NCBI GenBank assembly: GCA_029264685.1
Contig: JARHZW010000055.1
Location: 1,217 to 65,216 of the forward strand
DNA length: 64,000 nucleotides
Reading direction: 5' to 3'
Source of the DNA: Candidatus Limivicinus sp.
GTDB lineage: Bacteria > Bacillota > Clostridia > Oscillospirales > Oscillospiraceae
Part shown: positions 17,681 through 28,121 of the stretch, piece after piece
Position numbering within the stretch: position 1 is the stretch's first letter
Layout: each line of letters opens with the position of its first letter
Notes under the pieces: generated by a model
Told to the model about the DNA's origin: nothing
Databases searched by the model: none
The model's input: only the letters and a program-made list of their open reading frames with translations
Program-made: the position numbers and the translations under genes

Positions 17681-17713
17681 AAAAACAGCCGTGCACCATA
17701 TCAGTGCACGGCT
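17681..17713 (-). terminator. Terminator after hup
   Basis: agccgtgcac-catatca-gtgcacggct followed on the minus strand by TTTTT, which runs straight into the yabO RBS AAGGAGAAGG. Confidence 0.75.
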
Positions 17714-17725
17714 ATTATAACACAA

Positions 17726-18007
17726 TTAAGCTTCCTTGGAAACAGCGTCCTTGAGAGCCTTGCCAACTTTGAAAGAGGCAACACGGGAAGCAGGAATCTG
17801 GATTTCCTCTTTTGTCTTGGGGTTACGGCCTACACGGGCGCCACGCTCCTTGACCTCGAAAGCACCAAATCCAACCAGCTGGACCTTATCGCCTGCAACG
17901 AGAGTCTCGGTGATAACATCAAAAGCTGCGTTTATAGCCTTCTCGCTGTCCTTCTTGGAAAGCCCGGCCTTCTCCGCTACTGCGGTAACAAGTTCTGCTT
18001 TATTCAT
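17726..18007 (-). CDS. hup: HU-family DNA-binding protein
   Basis: MNKAELV..GFGAFEVKERGARVGRNPKTKEEIQIPASRV, 93 aa. Confidence 0.95.
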   Translation of the reverse strand: MNKAELVTAVAEKAGLSKKDSEKAINAAFDVITETLVAGDKVQLVGFGAFEVKERGARVGRNPKTKEEIQIPASRVASFKVGKALKDAVSKEA

Positions 18008-18195
18008 GTAAATATCCTCCTAAATAATGCGGCGCAATGCCGTACTATGATGATTTTGCCCCAAAAAGAGGCAGAATACTCAATTAAAAATCCGCAAAAC
18101 GGCATATCCAAAAATGCGGCCTATTTAAAATACCACATTCTTCACTTATAATCAAGTAAAATTTTGTGTAATTCCAGTGTTTTCGGCATTTTTCT

Positions 18196-19800
18196 TTAAT
18201 GCATATGCAGTATTCCGGCAATTTTTTCGCCGCCGGGAATAAGCTTCATATCCTCTTTGGTAATGGAGCGCATAGCTATGGTGGAAACAAGATATATTAC
18301 AGCCGCCGCCAGCATAGCAGCCAGCATTGCCGCCAGAGTGGCCACACGGCTCACACCAAGCAGCCTTCCTGCAATTCCGTAAACTCCCCATGCTGCAAGA
18401 GCCATTAGCACGCTGCACACAAGGGGCTTGAGCATTATCACATGAAGTCTGGGGTTTTTATCCAGCACTATGCACATAAATATAAAGTTCATTATGAACA
18501 TGACCGCATAACTCACCAGCGTTCCGATAGGCGCACCGTATATATTGATTTTGGGGTTTGCAACCAGAAACCAGTTCACTACGATTTTAACTATGCCGCC
18601 TGCAATCATTGAGTACATGGGCCACACTTCTTTTCCCGAGGCCTGAAGCACAGCATTCTCCATCAATACTATGCAGACGAAGAAGGACGCAAGACCCATT
18701 ATCGTGAGCAGGACAGGACCGGATGCATGGCTTCCGGGATAAATGGTTTTCATTATAGGCTCAGACAGTACAGCCAATCCTACGCCCATTGGCATACAGA
18801 GAACAGCGGCGATTCTCATTGAATCCTCCGAAATTTTTGTAGCCTTATCGTTCTCTTCTCTAACTATGGCAGTAGCTATTGCAGGTACCACGGAAATGGT
18901 AAGAGGAGTAATTATGGCGGCGGGCAGATTGAACAAAGTCTGCGCCTTGCCGTAAACGCCGTACAACACCTGCGCTTTTTCAAGGCTGAAGCCTGCGGCG
19001 TCCTGAAGTCTGCCCATGCAGAGGCTTGAGTCCACCAGATTAAGGAAAGCCAGAACGCAGGAGCCCAACGCAATGGGAATTCCTATACGCATAAAATGAC
19101 TGAAAATTTTGCCGTAGCTGTCCGGTACATCAGGATTTTCCGGCACATCCGATACATAATGGCGGTTTTTGTACACTGCCATATACACCAGTGCAACCAG
19201 AGAGCCTGCCACCACGCCGAAAATAGCACCGGCGGAGCCTGCGGCCTTGCCTTTTCCCATTTTCATAAGGACTGCGGCCAGCACCAGACCAACTATAACC
19301 TTCACAAGGACTTCAAGCACCTGGCCCACGGTTGTGGGTATCATATTTCCAAAGCCCTGACAATAGCCTCTGTATGCCGACACAAGGCACACAAGCAGCA
19401 CCGCAAAGGACATGGCCTTTATGCTCAGGGCAGCAGGAGGATTGTGCAGGATTCTGACTGCTATTTCATTCGGGAATATGAACATTATCAGTGAGCAGAC
19501 AAGCCCGATCACAAAAAAGCTCAGCCATGCCACGGAAAAAGTGCGCCTTGCCTGCATAACTCTTCCCTCTGCATGAGCTTCTGAAATAAGCCTTGAGAGT
19601 GCTATTGGCAGGCCGGCAGTGGCCAAAGTCAAAAAGACATTGTATACATTATATGTGGCAAGGAACATGGAATATCCGTCGTCACCGATGATATTCGCAA
19701 TAGGGACTTTATATATAAATCCCAGGACTTTCATTATCAATACACCGGCTGTCAGGATTGCTGCGCCGTGGAGATAATTCTGGCTCTTGTTTTCCGCCAT
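18196..19800 (-). CDS. MOP-superfamily polysaccharide/lipid II flippase (MurJ/SpoVB/YabM-like)
   Basis: About 534 aa and polytopic (around 14 helices). The N-terminus NYLHGAAILTAGVLIMKVLGFIYKVPIANIIGDDG is typical of SpoVB/YabM. ATG at 19800 has GGAGG upstream. Confidence 0.8.
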   Translation of the reverse strand: MAENKSQNYLHGAAILTAGVLIMKVLGFIYKVPIANIIGDDGYSMFLATYNVYNVFLTLATAGLPIALSRLISEAHAEGRVMQARRTFSVAWLSFFVIGLVCSLIMFIFPNEIAVRILHNPPAALSIKAMSFAVLLVCLVSAYRGYCQGFGNMIPTTVGQVLEVLVKVIVGLVLAAVLMKMGKGKAAGSAGAIFGVVAGSLVALVYMAVYKNRHYVSDVPENPDVPDSYGKIFSHFMRIGIPIALGSCVLAFLNLVDSSLCMGRLQDAAGFSLEKAQVLYGVYGKAQTLFNLPAAIITPLTISVVPAIATAIVREENDKATKISEDSMRIAAVLCMPMGVGLAVLSEPIMKTIYPGSHASGPVLLTIMGLASFFVCIVLMENAVLQASGKEVWPMYSMIAGGIVKIVVNWFLVANPKINIYGAPIGTLVSYAVMFIMNFIFMCIVLDKNPRLHVIMLKPLVCSVLMALAAWGVYGIAGRLLGVSRVATLAAMLAAMLAAAVIYLVSTIAMRSITKEDMKLIPGGEKIAGILHMH

Positions 19801-19903
19801 AACAAAACCTCCGTTCTTATTTTGCCTGAAGGCATAATACCTCATTTTAAGAATGTTTTAATACTATACTCTTTAAGCACCGAAAATTCAAGTAAAATAC
19901 GGT

Positions 19904-19935
19904 AAAAAAACTCTGCCGCAGAGTATGCGGCAGAG
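19904..19935 (-). terminator. Terminator after the FAD oxidoreductase gene
   Basis: ctctgccgca-gagtat-gcggcagag with a T7 run on the minus strand. Confidence 0.8.
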
Positions 19936-19967
19936 CTTTAAATGCAATTCAAGCTCTCGTGTTTATT

Positions 19968-21341
19968 TTATTGCAGCTCTTCCAGAATATGACGGGCTAC
20001 ATACACACCGCTTGCGGAAGCGTGTGAAAGAGAGTGGGTGACGCCGGAGCAGTCGCCTATAACAAAGAGACCCTTGCTGTTTGTCTCAAGGTTGTTGTCA
20101 AGCTCAACCTCCATGTTGTAGAACTTGACCTCAACACCGTAAAGCAGAGTGTCGTCGTTTGCAGTGCCGGGAGCTATATTATCCAGAGCGTAGATCATTT
20201 CTATAATGCCGTCAAGGATACGCTTGGGTATAACAAGGCTCAGGTCGCCGGGAGTTGCCGCCAGAGTAGGAGTTACAAAGTTCTCGTTTATTCTGGCCTC
20301 AGTGGAGCGTCTGCCACGGACAAGGTCTCCGAAGCGCTGAACAATAACGCCGCCGCCCAGCATATTGGAAAGTCTTGCTATGCTCTCGCCGTAGCCGTTG
20401 GAGTCTTTGAAAGGCTCGGAGAAGTGCTTGGACACAAGCAGAGCAAAGTTTGTGTTTTCGGTGTGCTTTTCCTTATCCTCGTAGCTGTGACCGTTAACGG
20501 TGACAATACCGTTTGTGTTTTCATTAACCACAACTCCGTGGGGGTTCATGCAGAAAGTACGGACAAGGTCCTCGAATTTTTCGGTGCGGTACACTATCTT
20601 GCTTTCATAAAGCTCATCTGTAAGATGGGAGAAAATTTCTGCGGGAAGCTCAACTCTGACGCCAATGTCAACACGGTTTGACTTTGTAGGAATATCCATG
20701 CTGCCGCACACGCTTTCCATCCACTTGCTTCCGCTTCTGCCAACGGATATAACGCAGCGACCGCAGGTGTAGCTCTTGTCTGCTGCTACCACCTCGTATC
20801 CCCCGTCTGTCTTTTTAACGGAGTCAATGGCTGTATTAAAGTAGAAATCTACCTTGTCCTTCAGCTCATCATATATATTTCCCATTACCACATAGTTTAT
20901 ATCCGTACCCAGATGACGGACCTGTGCATCCAGCAAATGAAGTCCGTTTTCAAGGCAGGTACGTTTTATGGCGGTATTTGCGGTAGAGTAAAGTTTTGTA
21001 CCCTCGCCGCCGTGGCTGAGGTTTATTTCATCAACATAGCGCATAAGCTCTATGGCCTGCTGTTTTCCGATGTACTCGTAAAGAGTGCCGCCAAACTGGT
21101 TTGTGATATTGTATTTACCGTCGGAAAATGCTCCTGCACCGCCAAAACCGCTCATAATAGAGCAAACGGGGCATTTAATGCAGGATTTTACCTTTTTGCC
21201 GTCAATGGGGCACTTTCTCTTGTCAAGTGCTTTGCCAAGTTCAAAGACAGCGACTTTCAGATTTTTTTCACTTTTAGCTAATTCATAGGCTGTAAAAATT
21301 CCGCCGGGGCCTGCGCCTATAATAATTACGTCATAATCCAT
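19968..21341 (-). CDS. FAD-dependent oxidoreductase (COG2509-type uncharacterised FAD dehydrogenase)
   Basis: N-terminal dinucleotide fold MDYDVIIIGAGPGGIFTAYEL and C-terminal GLFVIGDCSG. 457 aa. Confidence 0.75.
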   Translation of the reverse strand: MDYDVIIIGAGPGGIFTAYELAKSEKNLKVAVFELGKALDKRKCPIDGKKVKSCIKCPVCSIMSGFGGAGAFSDGKYNITNQFGGTLYEYIGKQQAIELMRYVDEINLSHGGEGTKLYSTANTAIKRTCLENGLHLLDAQVRHLGTDINYVVMGNIYDELKDKVDFYFNTAIDSVKKTDGGYEVVAADKSYTCGRCVISVGRSGSKWMESVCGSMDIPTKSNRVDIGVRVELPAEIFSHLTDELYESKIVYRTEKFEDLVRTFCMNPHGVVVNENTNGIVTVNGHSYEDKEKHTENTNFALLVSKHFSEPFKDSNGYGESIARLSNMLGGGVIVQRFGDLVRGRRSTEARINENFVTPTLAATPGDLSLVIPKRILDGIIEMIYALDNIAPGTANDDTLLYGVEVKFYNMEVELDNNLETNSKGLFVIGDCSGVTHSLSHASASGVYVARHILEELQ

Positions 21342-21511
21342 AATACTACTGCTCCTTTCAGGGCAAAAAACAAGCTGCCATCCTCAAATCCCTGCTGTAA
21401 AAACAGCGAAATTTTACGGGGCAGCAAAATCTATCCTCATTTAGACTAACACGCAAACGCTGTGCTGTCAAGTAAAGTTCCGTAAATTGATAAAAAAGTC
21501 AAATTAACGGC

Positions 21512-21544
21512 AAAAAAATCCGGAGAACCAGGGGTTCTCCGGAT
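21512..21544 (-). terminator. Terminator after gap
   Basis: atccggagaacc-agg-ggttctccggat with a T7 run on the minus strand. Confidence 0.85.
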
Positions 21545-21561
21545 AAATACACATTTTTTAC

Positions 21562-22632
<1,071 letters not shown>

Positions 22633-22876
22633 TCATATATGAGTCTCTTACACGCTTTGCTCATAAATTGTAACATACAAGGCGATAAAAAAGCAAGCCG
22701 AAACGACATTTATTATGCCCGAAAAAGTGCCGAATTTTTCGTTAAAAGGCTACTTTTTTTCATATTGCTCTTGTGTATTTTGTATATTTTTGATAAAATA
22801 GGTAAAAAGATGTAAAATGGACGGCGGTAATTTAAACTCAAAGTCCGTCCAAAGTTTTCTGCTGAAGGAGTTTACT

Positions 22877-23947
22877 ATGGAAGTATTTTCTGCTGATATT
22901 CTTTCCCTGACGAGCGAAGCCGCAGTTTTGGTACACAACGGCGTTGTGGCTTATGCAAATCCTGCCGCTCTAAGCCTTGCCGGAGCGGACTGCGTAGGAA
23001 AAACAAAGCTTTCGGTTTTCGGAGAGGAAATCTGCGGAACGCAGGCCGGATCCTTTGTGGCGGATGTCCCTGTTAACGGTACCAACTGCATTGTAAGGGT
23101 TTCAAGGATCGACCACGGCGAAATCATTTTCTTCAGCCCCGGCGGAAAATGCTCCACCGTTTTAAACGAACCTTTCATGTGCACCATTCGCACCTGCCTT
23201 ATGCTTATAGAGTTCTCTGCCGCTCAGCTCAGTCAGATTGCCGAGGAAAGAGGAGATGAAGAAGGTCTCAACCATGTCCGAATAATCACTCAAAATTATT
23301 ACAGAATGTCCAGACTTATGGGCAACGCATCATTCATATTGAACTTTGAGGCCGGAACACTTCCATACGCCATTGTCCCTGTGAACATCTCCAAGACCTG
23401 CCGTGATATTCTGGAGCTGTGCAAAATTTTTACACCTGACCTGAACATTCACGCAAACCTTTGCGACGGTTTCGGTGACATCGTTGTAAATGCAGACCGT
23501 GATCTAATAAAAAGGCTTGTTTTTAACCTGCTTTCAAACTGTATGCTCCACGCTGAGGGCAGCTCCAAAATCTGCATGAATCTATATAATTTACCGGACA
23601 GTCTGGTTATTTCCGTCAGTGATGACGGAAAAGGCATCGAAAAGGATGACCTCCTCACGGTATTTGAGCGCTACAAATATAATTTTGATCTCAGCGCCAT
23701 GGGCAAGGGTGCAGGTTTGGGGCTTACTGTTGTGCGTCAGATTGCCCAGATCCACAACGGCACACTGCTTCTTGAAAGCCGTCCGGGTCAGGGAACATCC
23801 GTGAGAGTTTCCATAAGCAAACACCTGTACCCAAGAACCAGTCTCCACTCCGGCAGCGGGAATGACGAGGTCAGCGCAACCGATATGTTTGAAGAGCTTG
23901 CAGACTGCATAGATTCCAAATTTTTCTCATCAAAATACATGGATTAA
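22877..23947 (+). CDS. Orphan cytoplasmic histidine-kinase-like protein (PAS-like N-domain, DHp, HATPase_c) that appears to lack the canonical phospho-His
   Basis: N box FNLLSNCMLHA, G1 DDGKGI, F VFERYKY, G2 GAGLGLTVV. The H-box position reads FMCTIRTCL against the usual SHELRTPL. No TM segment. ATG at 22877 follows GAAGGAG. Confidence 0.75.
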   Translation: MEVFSADILSLTSEAAVLVHNGVVAYANPAALSLAGADCVGKTKLSVFGEEICGTQAGSFVADVPVNGTNCIVRVSRIDHGEIIFFSPGGKCSTVLNEPFMCTIRTCLMLIEFSAAQLSQIAEERGDEEGLNHVRIITQNYYRMSRLMGNASFILNFEAGTLPYAIVPVNISKTCRDILELCKIFTPDLNIHANLCDGFGDIVVNADRDLIKRLVFNLLSNCMLHAEGSSKICMNLYNLPDSLVISVSDDGKGIEKDDLLTVFERYKYNFDLSAMGKGAGLGLTVVRQIAQIHNGTLLLESRPGQGTSVRVSISKHLYPRTSLHSGSGNDEVSATDMFEELADCIDSKFFSSKYMD

Positions 23948-24068
23948 ACCTGCTTTTAAAGTTAACGGCGCACAGCAGAACTGTCTGCTCTGTCACCATG
24001 CACAGTGTTCTTTGAAAGCTTAGTTATTATTTTATAATTTGGCCTGAGCATCTGAGGTTTTCAGGCAG

Positions 24069-24098
24069 AAAAAAAGGTTCTGAAAAGAACCTTTTTTT
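24069..24098. terminator. Bidirectional terminator
   Basis: aaaaaaaggttc-tgaaaa-gaaccttttttt. Confidence 0.85.
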
Positions 24099-24790
24099 CA
24101 TTTCAGAACCTTTCCCAGAACTCTCAGCGGAAGTTCCGGTGAAACAATAATATCATTATATTTTTCATTCAGTGAGTGAAGCGCCATTCTGTCTCCGCAG
24201 GCAACAAGTTCTTTAAGATAGGCGCTTCCGTCATACAGAAATATGCCGATTTCTCCCGTCATAAGGCTTCTCTGCTGGCGAACCCACACCGTGTCACCGT
24301 CGTGAAACTCCGGCTCCATGCTGTCACCTGAAACCCGGACCCCGAAGTTTGCCCCTTCGGGCACTTCAGCTCCGACTTCCACCATCTCATAGTCCTCTCC
24401 GTCAAGGAACTGACCTGTTCCCGCAGACACGGCCAGAGAATACAGCGGCAGCCGTCTCATCACTGCATCCGCAAGCATCTCCTCAGGCGAATATCTTCCG
24501 CTTTCACGAAGAAGCGCTATGTAATCAAGAGCCTTTCTTCTCCCCTCGGAGTTAAGGCCACGGAACACGCCCTCTCCCCCCTCTAAGAAAAGACCGTTTA
24601 TATCTTCGATATCAAGAGCTTTGCACAAGGAGAAAAACTGTTTCACATTGGGAAGTGTGGTTCCCTTCTCCCACTTGGATATAGCCTGATTTGAAAGGGG
24701 CATCCCCATTTCTCCCATTCTGTCTGCCAGCTGAGACTGGTTTAATCCCGCTTCTCTGCGCTTTATTGCCAATATCTGTCCGAATTCCAT
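24098..24790 (-). CDS. XRE-family HTH repressor fused to an S24 (LexA/CI-type) self-cleaving peptidase domain
   Basis: HTH LNQSQLADRMGEMGMPLSNQAISKWEKG. S24 Ser motif SGDSMEPEF, a downstream Lys (AYLKEL) and a candidate Ala-Gly cleavage site (VSAGTG). Confidence 0.85.
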   Translation of the reverse strand: MEFGQILAIKRREAGLNQSQLADRMGEMGMPLSNQAISKWEKGTTLPNVKQFFSLCKALDIEDINGLFLEGGEGVFRGLNSEGRRKALDYIALLRESGRYSPEEMLADAVMRRLPLYSLAVSAGTGQFLDGEDYEMVEVGAEVPEGANFGVRVSGDSMEPEFHDGDTVWVRQQRSLMTGEIGIFLYDGSAYLKELVACGDRMALHSLNEKYNDIIVSPELPLRVLGKVLK

Positions 24791-24815
24791 GTTTTTCGCC
24801 TCCTTTTATACCCGT

Positions 24816-24860
24816 ATTATACAATAGTTTCTTTCTCCGTTCAAGACATTATTTTGTCTT
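24816..24860 (-). promoter_or_regulatory. Promoter of the XRE-S24 repressor, with an inverted repeat overlapping the -35
   Basis: On the minus strand: TTGAAC (24839-24844), 17 nt, TATAAT (24816-24821). Inverted repeat AAGACA-N6-TGTCTT at 24843-24860. Confidence 0.5.
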
Positions 24861-24908
24861 TTTTCTCTTGGAACAACAAAACGCCGGAAAATTTCCGGCG
24901 TTTTCGTC

Positions 24909-25844
24909 TTAATATTCGTATATTCCTCCGCCTATAAACTCTCGTATAAGGGAGTCCTTTGCCACATACTTTTCGTCTATTTCGCCGAATAACTGCAAGG
25001 CAGGCAGAACGGAGCGCAGTTCGTCAAACCGTTCTATCCCCTCGGGCACCGATTTAAACAGCTCCGTTGCGGTGCGGTTAAACACAGGCAGCTCATAAGG
25101 AAGTGCAGTGTCAAACTGCATATCAGCCTTGTTCTTAAAGGGGGAAATATACTTCTTTTCTCCCCGTCTCACATTTGCCCACATGCTCATGGTTTCAGCA
25201 GCATCGGAGCCTCGGAAGTTATAATCCCTTACAGTGCGCCGCACAAGACGGAACCACGTTCTCTTGAATACCTCTTTTCCCTCGAACATCACATCGCTTC
25301 TGGCAGAAATATAAAGCTTGAATGCTTCGGGGTGACGGTTGGTTATCATATCGTTCAGAGCATGTATGCCCTCAAATACAACGACCTCATCCTTACCTAA
25401 TTTTATGGACTTTGAGGGTTCCTGAACTCTCATTTTTCTCGAGAACTCATATTTAGGCACAAAAATACGCTGGCCTTTTGAAAGCATATCAAAGTGCCTG
25501 TTCATAAGCTCCATATCTACGCAGAGAGGACTTTCAAGATCCATATCTCCTTCGGGAGTACGGGGCACCGTAGCCGGATCAATGGTTTTAAAATAGTCAT
25601 CCATTCCCACATAGTGAGTGCCTATGCCGCGTTTTTTCAGCTCATCGCTTATCTTCATTGCAGTTGTGGTTTTGCCTGAGCCTGAAGGGCCGGACAAAAG
25701 GACAATAGGACTTCTCTTTCTGTTTGCAATTATCATGTCTGCCGCTTTGGAAATCCGCTCATGGTATATGGCGTCGCCCTCCTCTACCAGAGCTTTCGGG
25801 TCGGAAATGGTTCTGAAATTTATTTCTTTTAAATCAAAGGCCAT
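24909..25844 (-). CDS. P-loop nucleoside/uridine-kinase-like protein
   Basis: Walker A LLSGPSGSGKTTTAMKI. 311 aa. Lies 6 nt downstream of hemZ. Confidence 0.6.
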   Translation of the reverse strand: MAFDLKEINFRTISDPKALVEEGDAIYHERISKAADMIIANRKRSPIVLLSGPSGSGKTTTAMKISDELKKRGIGTHYVGMDDYFKTIDPATVPRTPEGDMDLESPLCVDMELMNRHFDMLSKGQRIFVPKYEFSRKMRVQEPSKSIKLGKDEVVVFEGIHALNDMITNRHPEAFKLYISARSDVMFEGKEVFKRTWFRLVRRTVRDYNFRGSDAAETMSMWANVRRGEKKYISPFKNKADMQFDTALPYELPVFNRTATELFKSVPEGIERFDELRSVLPALQLFGEIDEKYVAKDSLIREFIGGGIYEY

Positions 25845-25850
25845 TTGTTT

Positions 25851-27338
25851 TCACTCCTTTTTATTTTTAATATCCATGTAAAAATCTGATATTTTCTTTT
25901 TGTCTGCACAGGTTTTCTCAATATTGGCAATATATTCCTGCGGATATTTAGGTGCTGTAAGACGAATATTCATTTCACCGTCGTGGCGTATGAGCTTGGT
26001 TGAACCGCCGCCGCCCATGGCAATTATGCTGCACAGCTCCTCCATTATACATATGTTATATATGTTTTCATAGCCTTTTTTAGTCCAGCCCACATTTTCA
26101 AATCCGCCGGACATGAATTTCTGCCTGTACAAATAGTACGGCTCATAGTCTGACGCCCTCAGCTTTGCCATGGCTATATCAAGCATTTTCCCTACCTCTG
26201 CTGCATCCGGAATATCTGACCCCTCAAGCATTATTCTGGAGCCTTTTTTGAGCGAAAGGGTGTGGACAGTTATATTCTCCGGCTCAAGAGCCAGCACCTT
26301 ATCCATCGTTTCTCTGAAGCTTTCCGCCGTGTCATCGGGAAGACCTGCTATAAGATCCATATTAACCGCAAAATCACCTGCTTCACGAACCAGCTTCAGC
26401 GCCGATATTATATCCTCAGCACTGTGCCTACGGCCTATGGTATTTAGCACCTTGTCGGACATGGTCTGAGGATTAACGCTCAGTCTGCCCACACCGTGCT
26501 TTTTCAGAGCCTGAAGCTTTGCGGCGGTTATGGTGTCCGGCCTTCCGGCTTCAACGGTGTATTCCTTCAGGCCGCTCAAATCAAAGCACTGCTCCAAAAG
26601 GGTGCACAGCTCATCAAGCTGTGAAGCAGAAAGAGTAGTCGGCGTGCCGCCGCCCATGTATATGGAAATTACTCTCAGTCTCTGTGCCTCCACCTGCTCT
26701 GCCACGGCCCTGACCTCTGCTTTTAAAGCTTCAAAGAATGGCGAAATCAACTTCATGCTCTTTTCCACCGACTGGCTCACAAAGCTGCAATAGGCGCAGC
26801 GGGTAGGGCAGAAGGGAACGCCTATATACAGGCAGACATCCTTTTCATCCAGCTCCTTTTCAAGCTTAACAGTTACTTTGCCGGTATCAAGGCACAGCTT
26901 TGCCCGCTCAGGACTTACATCATACTCGTTTATAAAGGCTCTCATGGCTTCCTTATCCCCCATGCCTGCCTCAAGATATGGTGTCATAAGCTTTCCGGGT
27001 CTCACGCCGGTGAGAGATCCCCACACCGGTCGCTGAAGTCCGGATGAAAGAGCCGCTCTGTAAATGGCATCCTTTATTATATGCTGGCACTGACGGTCGG
27101 TTTCCAGTTCCGTAACAAGCTGTCCGTTGCTCACGGCACCACGGCCGTGGAAGGTACCGCCGTGGATTTTAAGTGTGCAGGCAGCAGTTGTAAACTTCGC
27201 TCCTTTTTTAAGACTTACCTCCATGCTGTCCCCGTCCGTCTTTGCTTCCGGGTATTCGGGTCGCTCCTGTGGGAACAGAGTCAACAGCATCTGCTCCACC
27301 GCATATTTATAATCATGTCCGTAAAAATAAAGTTTCAA
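25851..27338 (-). CDS. hemZ: Radical SAM coproporphyrinogen-dehydrogenase-like protein (HemN/HemZ family)
   Basis: Radical SAM motif GVPFCPTRCAYCSF. The 495-aa length with an N-terminal extension is typical of HemZ. Confidence 0.7.
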   Translation of the reverse strand: MKLYFYGHDYKYAVEQMLLTLFPQERPEYPEAKTDGDSMEVSLKKGAKFTTAACTLKIHGGTFHGRGAVSNGQLVTELETDRQCQHIIKDAIYRAALSSGLQRPVWGSLTGVRPGKLMTPYLEAGMGDKEAMRAFINEYDVSPERAKLCLDTGKVTVKLEKELDEKDVCLYIGVPFCPTRCAYCSFVSQSVEKSMKLISPFFEALKAEVRAVAEQVEAQRLRVISIYMGGGTPTTLSASQLDELCTLLEQCFDLSGLKEYTVEAGRPDTITAAKLQALKKHGVGRLSVNPQTMSDKVLNTIGRRHSAEDIISALKLVREAGDFAVNMDLIAGLPDDTAESFRETMDKVLALEPENITVHTLSLKKGSRIMLEGSDIPDAAEVGKMLDIAMAKLRASDYEPYYLYRQKFMSGGFENVGWTKKGYENIYNICIMEELCSIIAMGGGGSTKLIRHDGEMNIRLTAPKYPQEYIANIEKTCADKKKISDFYMDIKNKKE

Positions 27339-27575
27339 TTATTTATCATCCTTTTGGCTGATTCAGGTCATACCGACCCGCCAGCCTTGATTTTTTCCTA
27401 TGTGTTACTGCATTATAGCAGGCAGCAGACTTTTCCACAATGTGCATTTCATAATATACGCCAAAATTTCTAAAATAAAACGAAAAATATTTAAACTTTT
27501 TGCAAAAAGCCGTAGAAATTTCTCAGAATTTGTTGTATTATGAAAGAACAATAATATAGCATAGGGGTTTTTGAG

Positions 27576-28064
27576 ATGTTTTCGATTGGAGATAAAATTA
27601 TTTACGGAGAAAACGGCGTCTGCACAGTAGAAAAAATAGCCCCTCTGGGTATTTCAGGCGCCTCAGAAAGCAAGCTTTATTATCATCTTTGCCCCCTTAC
27701 AGGTACCGGAATATATTTTGCCCCTGTCGATTCCGACACCTATATGCGCCCTGTAATGAGCCGTGAGGAGGCAGAAAATCTCATTGCGTCAATCCCCGAT
27801 ATCGAACCGGCGATCTGCCATGACAACCGCTTTAACCATGTGGATGCCTACTACAAGGAGCTTTTCAAGCTCCACAGCTGTGAAGCACTTGTTGCAATAG
27901 TAAAAGGTCTCGGGCACAGAATTTCAGACAGGAAAAGCAAAAGTGTCCGTGCCGAGTCCACAATGAAAAGAGCCAAAGATATGCTGCACGGAGAACTGTC
28001 GGTTGCTCTGGGAATTGAAATCCATGAAGTGGAAGATTACATACAGCAAAAACTTAGCCGCTGA
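27576..28064 (+). CDS. CarD/CdnL-family RNA-polymerase-binding regulator
   Basis: N-terminal Tudor-like MFSIGDKIIYGENGVCTVEKI. 162 aa. Confidence 0.7.
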   Translation: MFSIGDKIIYGENGVCTVEKIAPLGISGASESKLYYHLCPLTGTGIYFAPVDSDTYMRPVMSREEAENLIASIPDIEPAICHDNRFNHVDAYYKELFKLHSCEALVAIVKGLGHRISDRKSKSVRAESTMKRAKDMLHGELSVALGIEIHEVEDYIQQKLSR

Positions 28065-28090
28065 ACGCAAAAACCGAATCTGCAGCACTT

Positions 28091-28121
28091 ATGCCGCCCC
28101 GTATAGGGCGGCATTTTATTT
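28091..28121. terminator. Terminator shared by two convergent genes
   Basis: atgccgccc-cgtata-gggcggcat followed by ttttatttt. Confidence 0.8.

Noticed and set aside
18285-18330. Short tandem AAML-AAML repeat at the C-terminus of the flippase
   Set aside because: It is a 12-nt imperfect duplication inside a hydrophobic helix. This is trivial slippage with no apparent regulatory meaning.
24098-24790. The CI-like repressor as evidence of a prophage
   Set aside because: No integrase, excisionase, Cro/antirepressor or structural genes lie on either side. It is treated as a stand-alone regulator (see findings).
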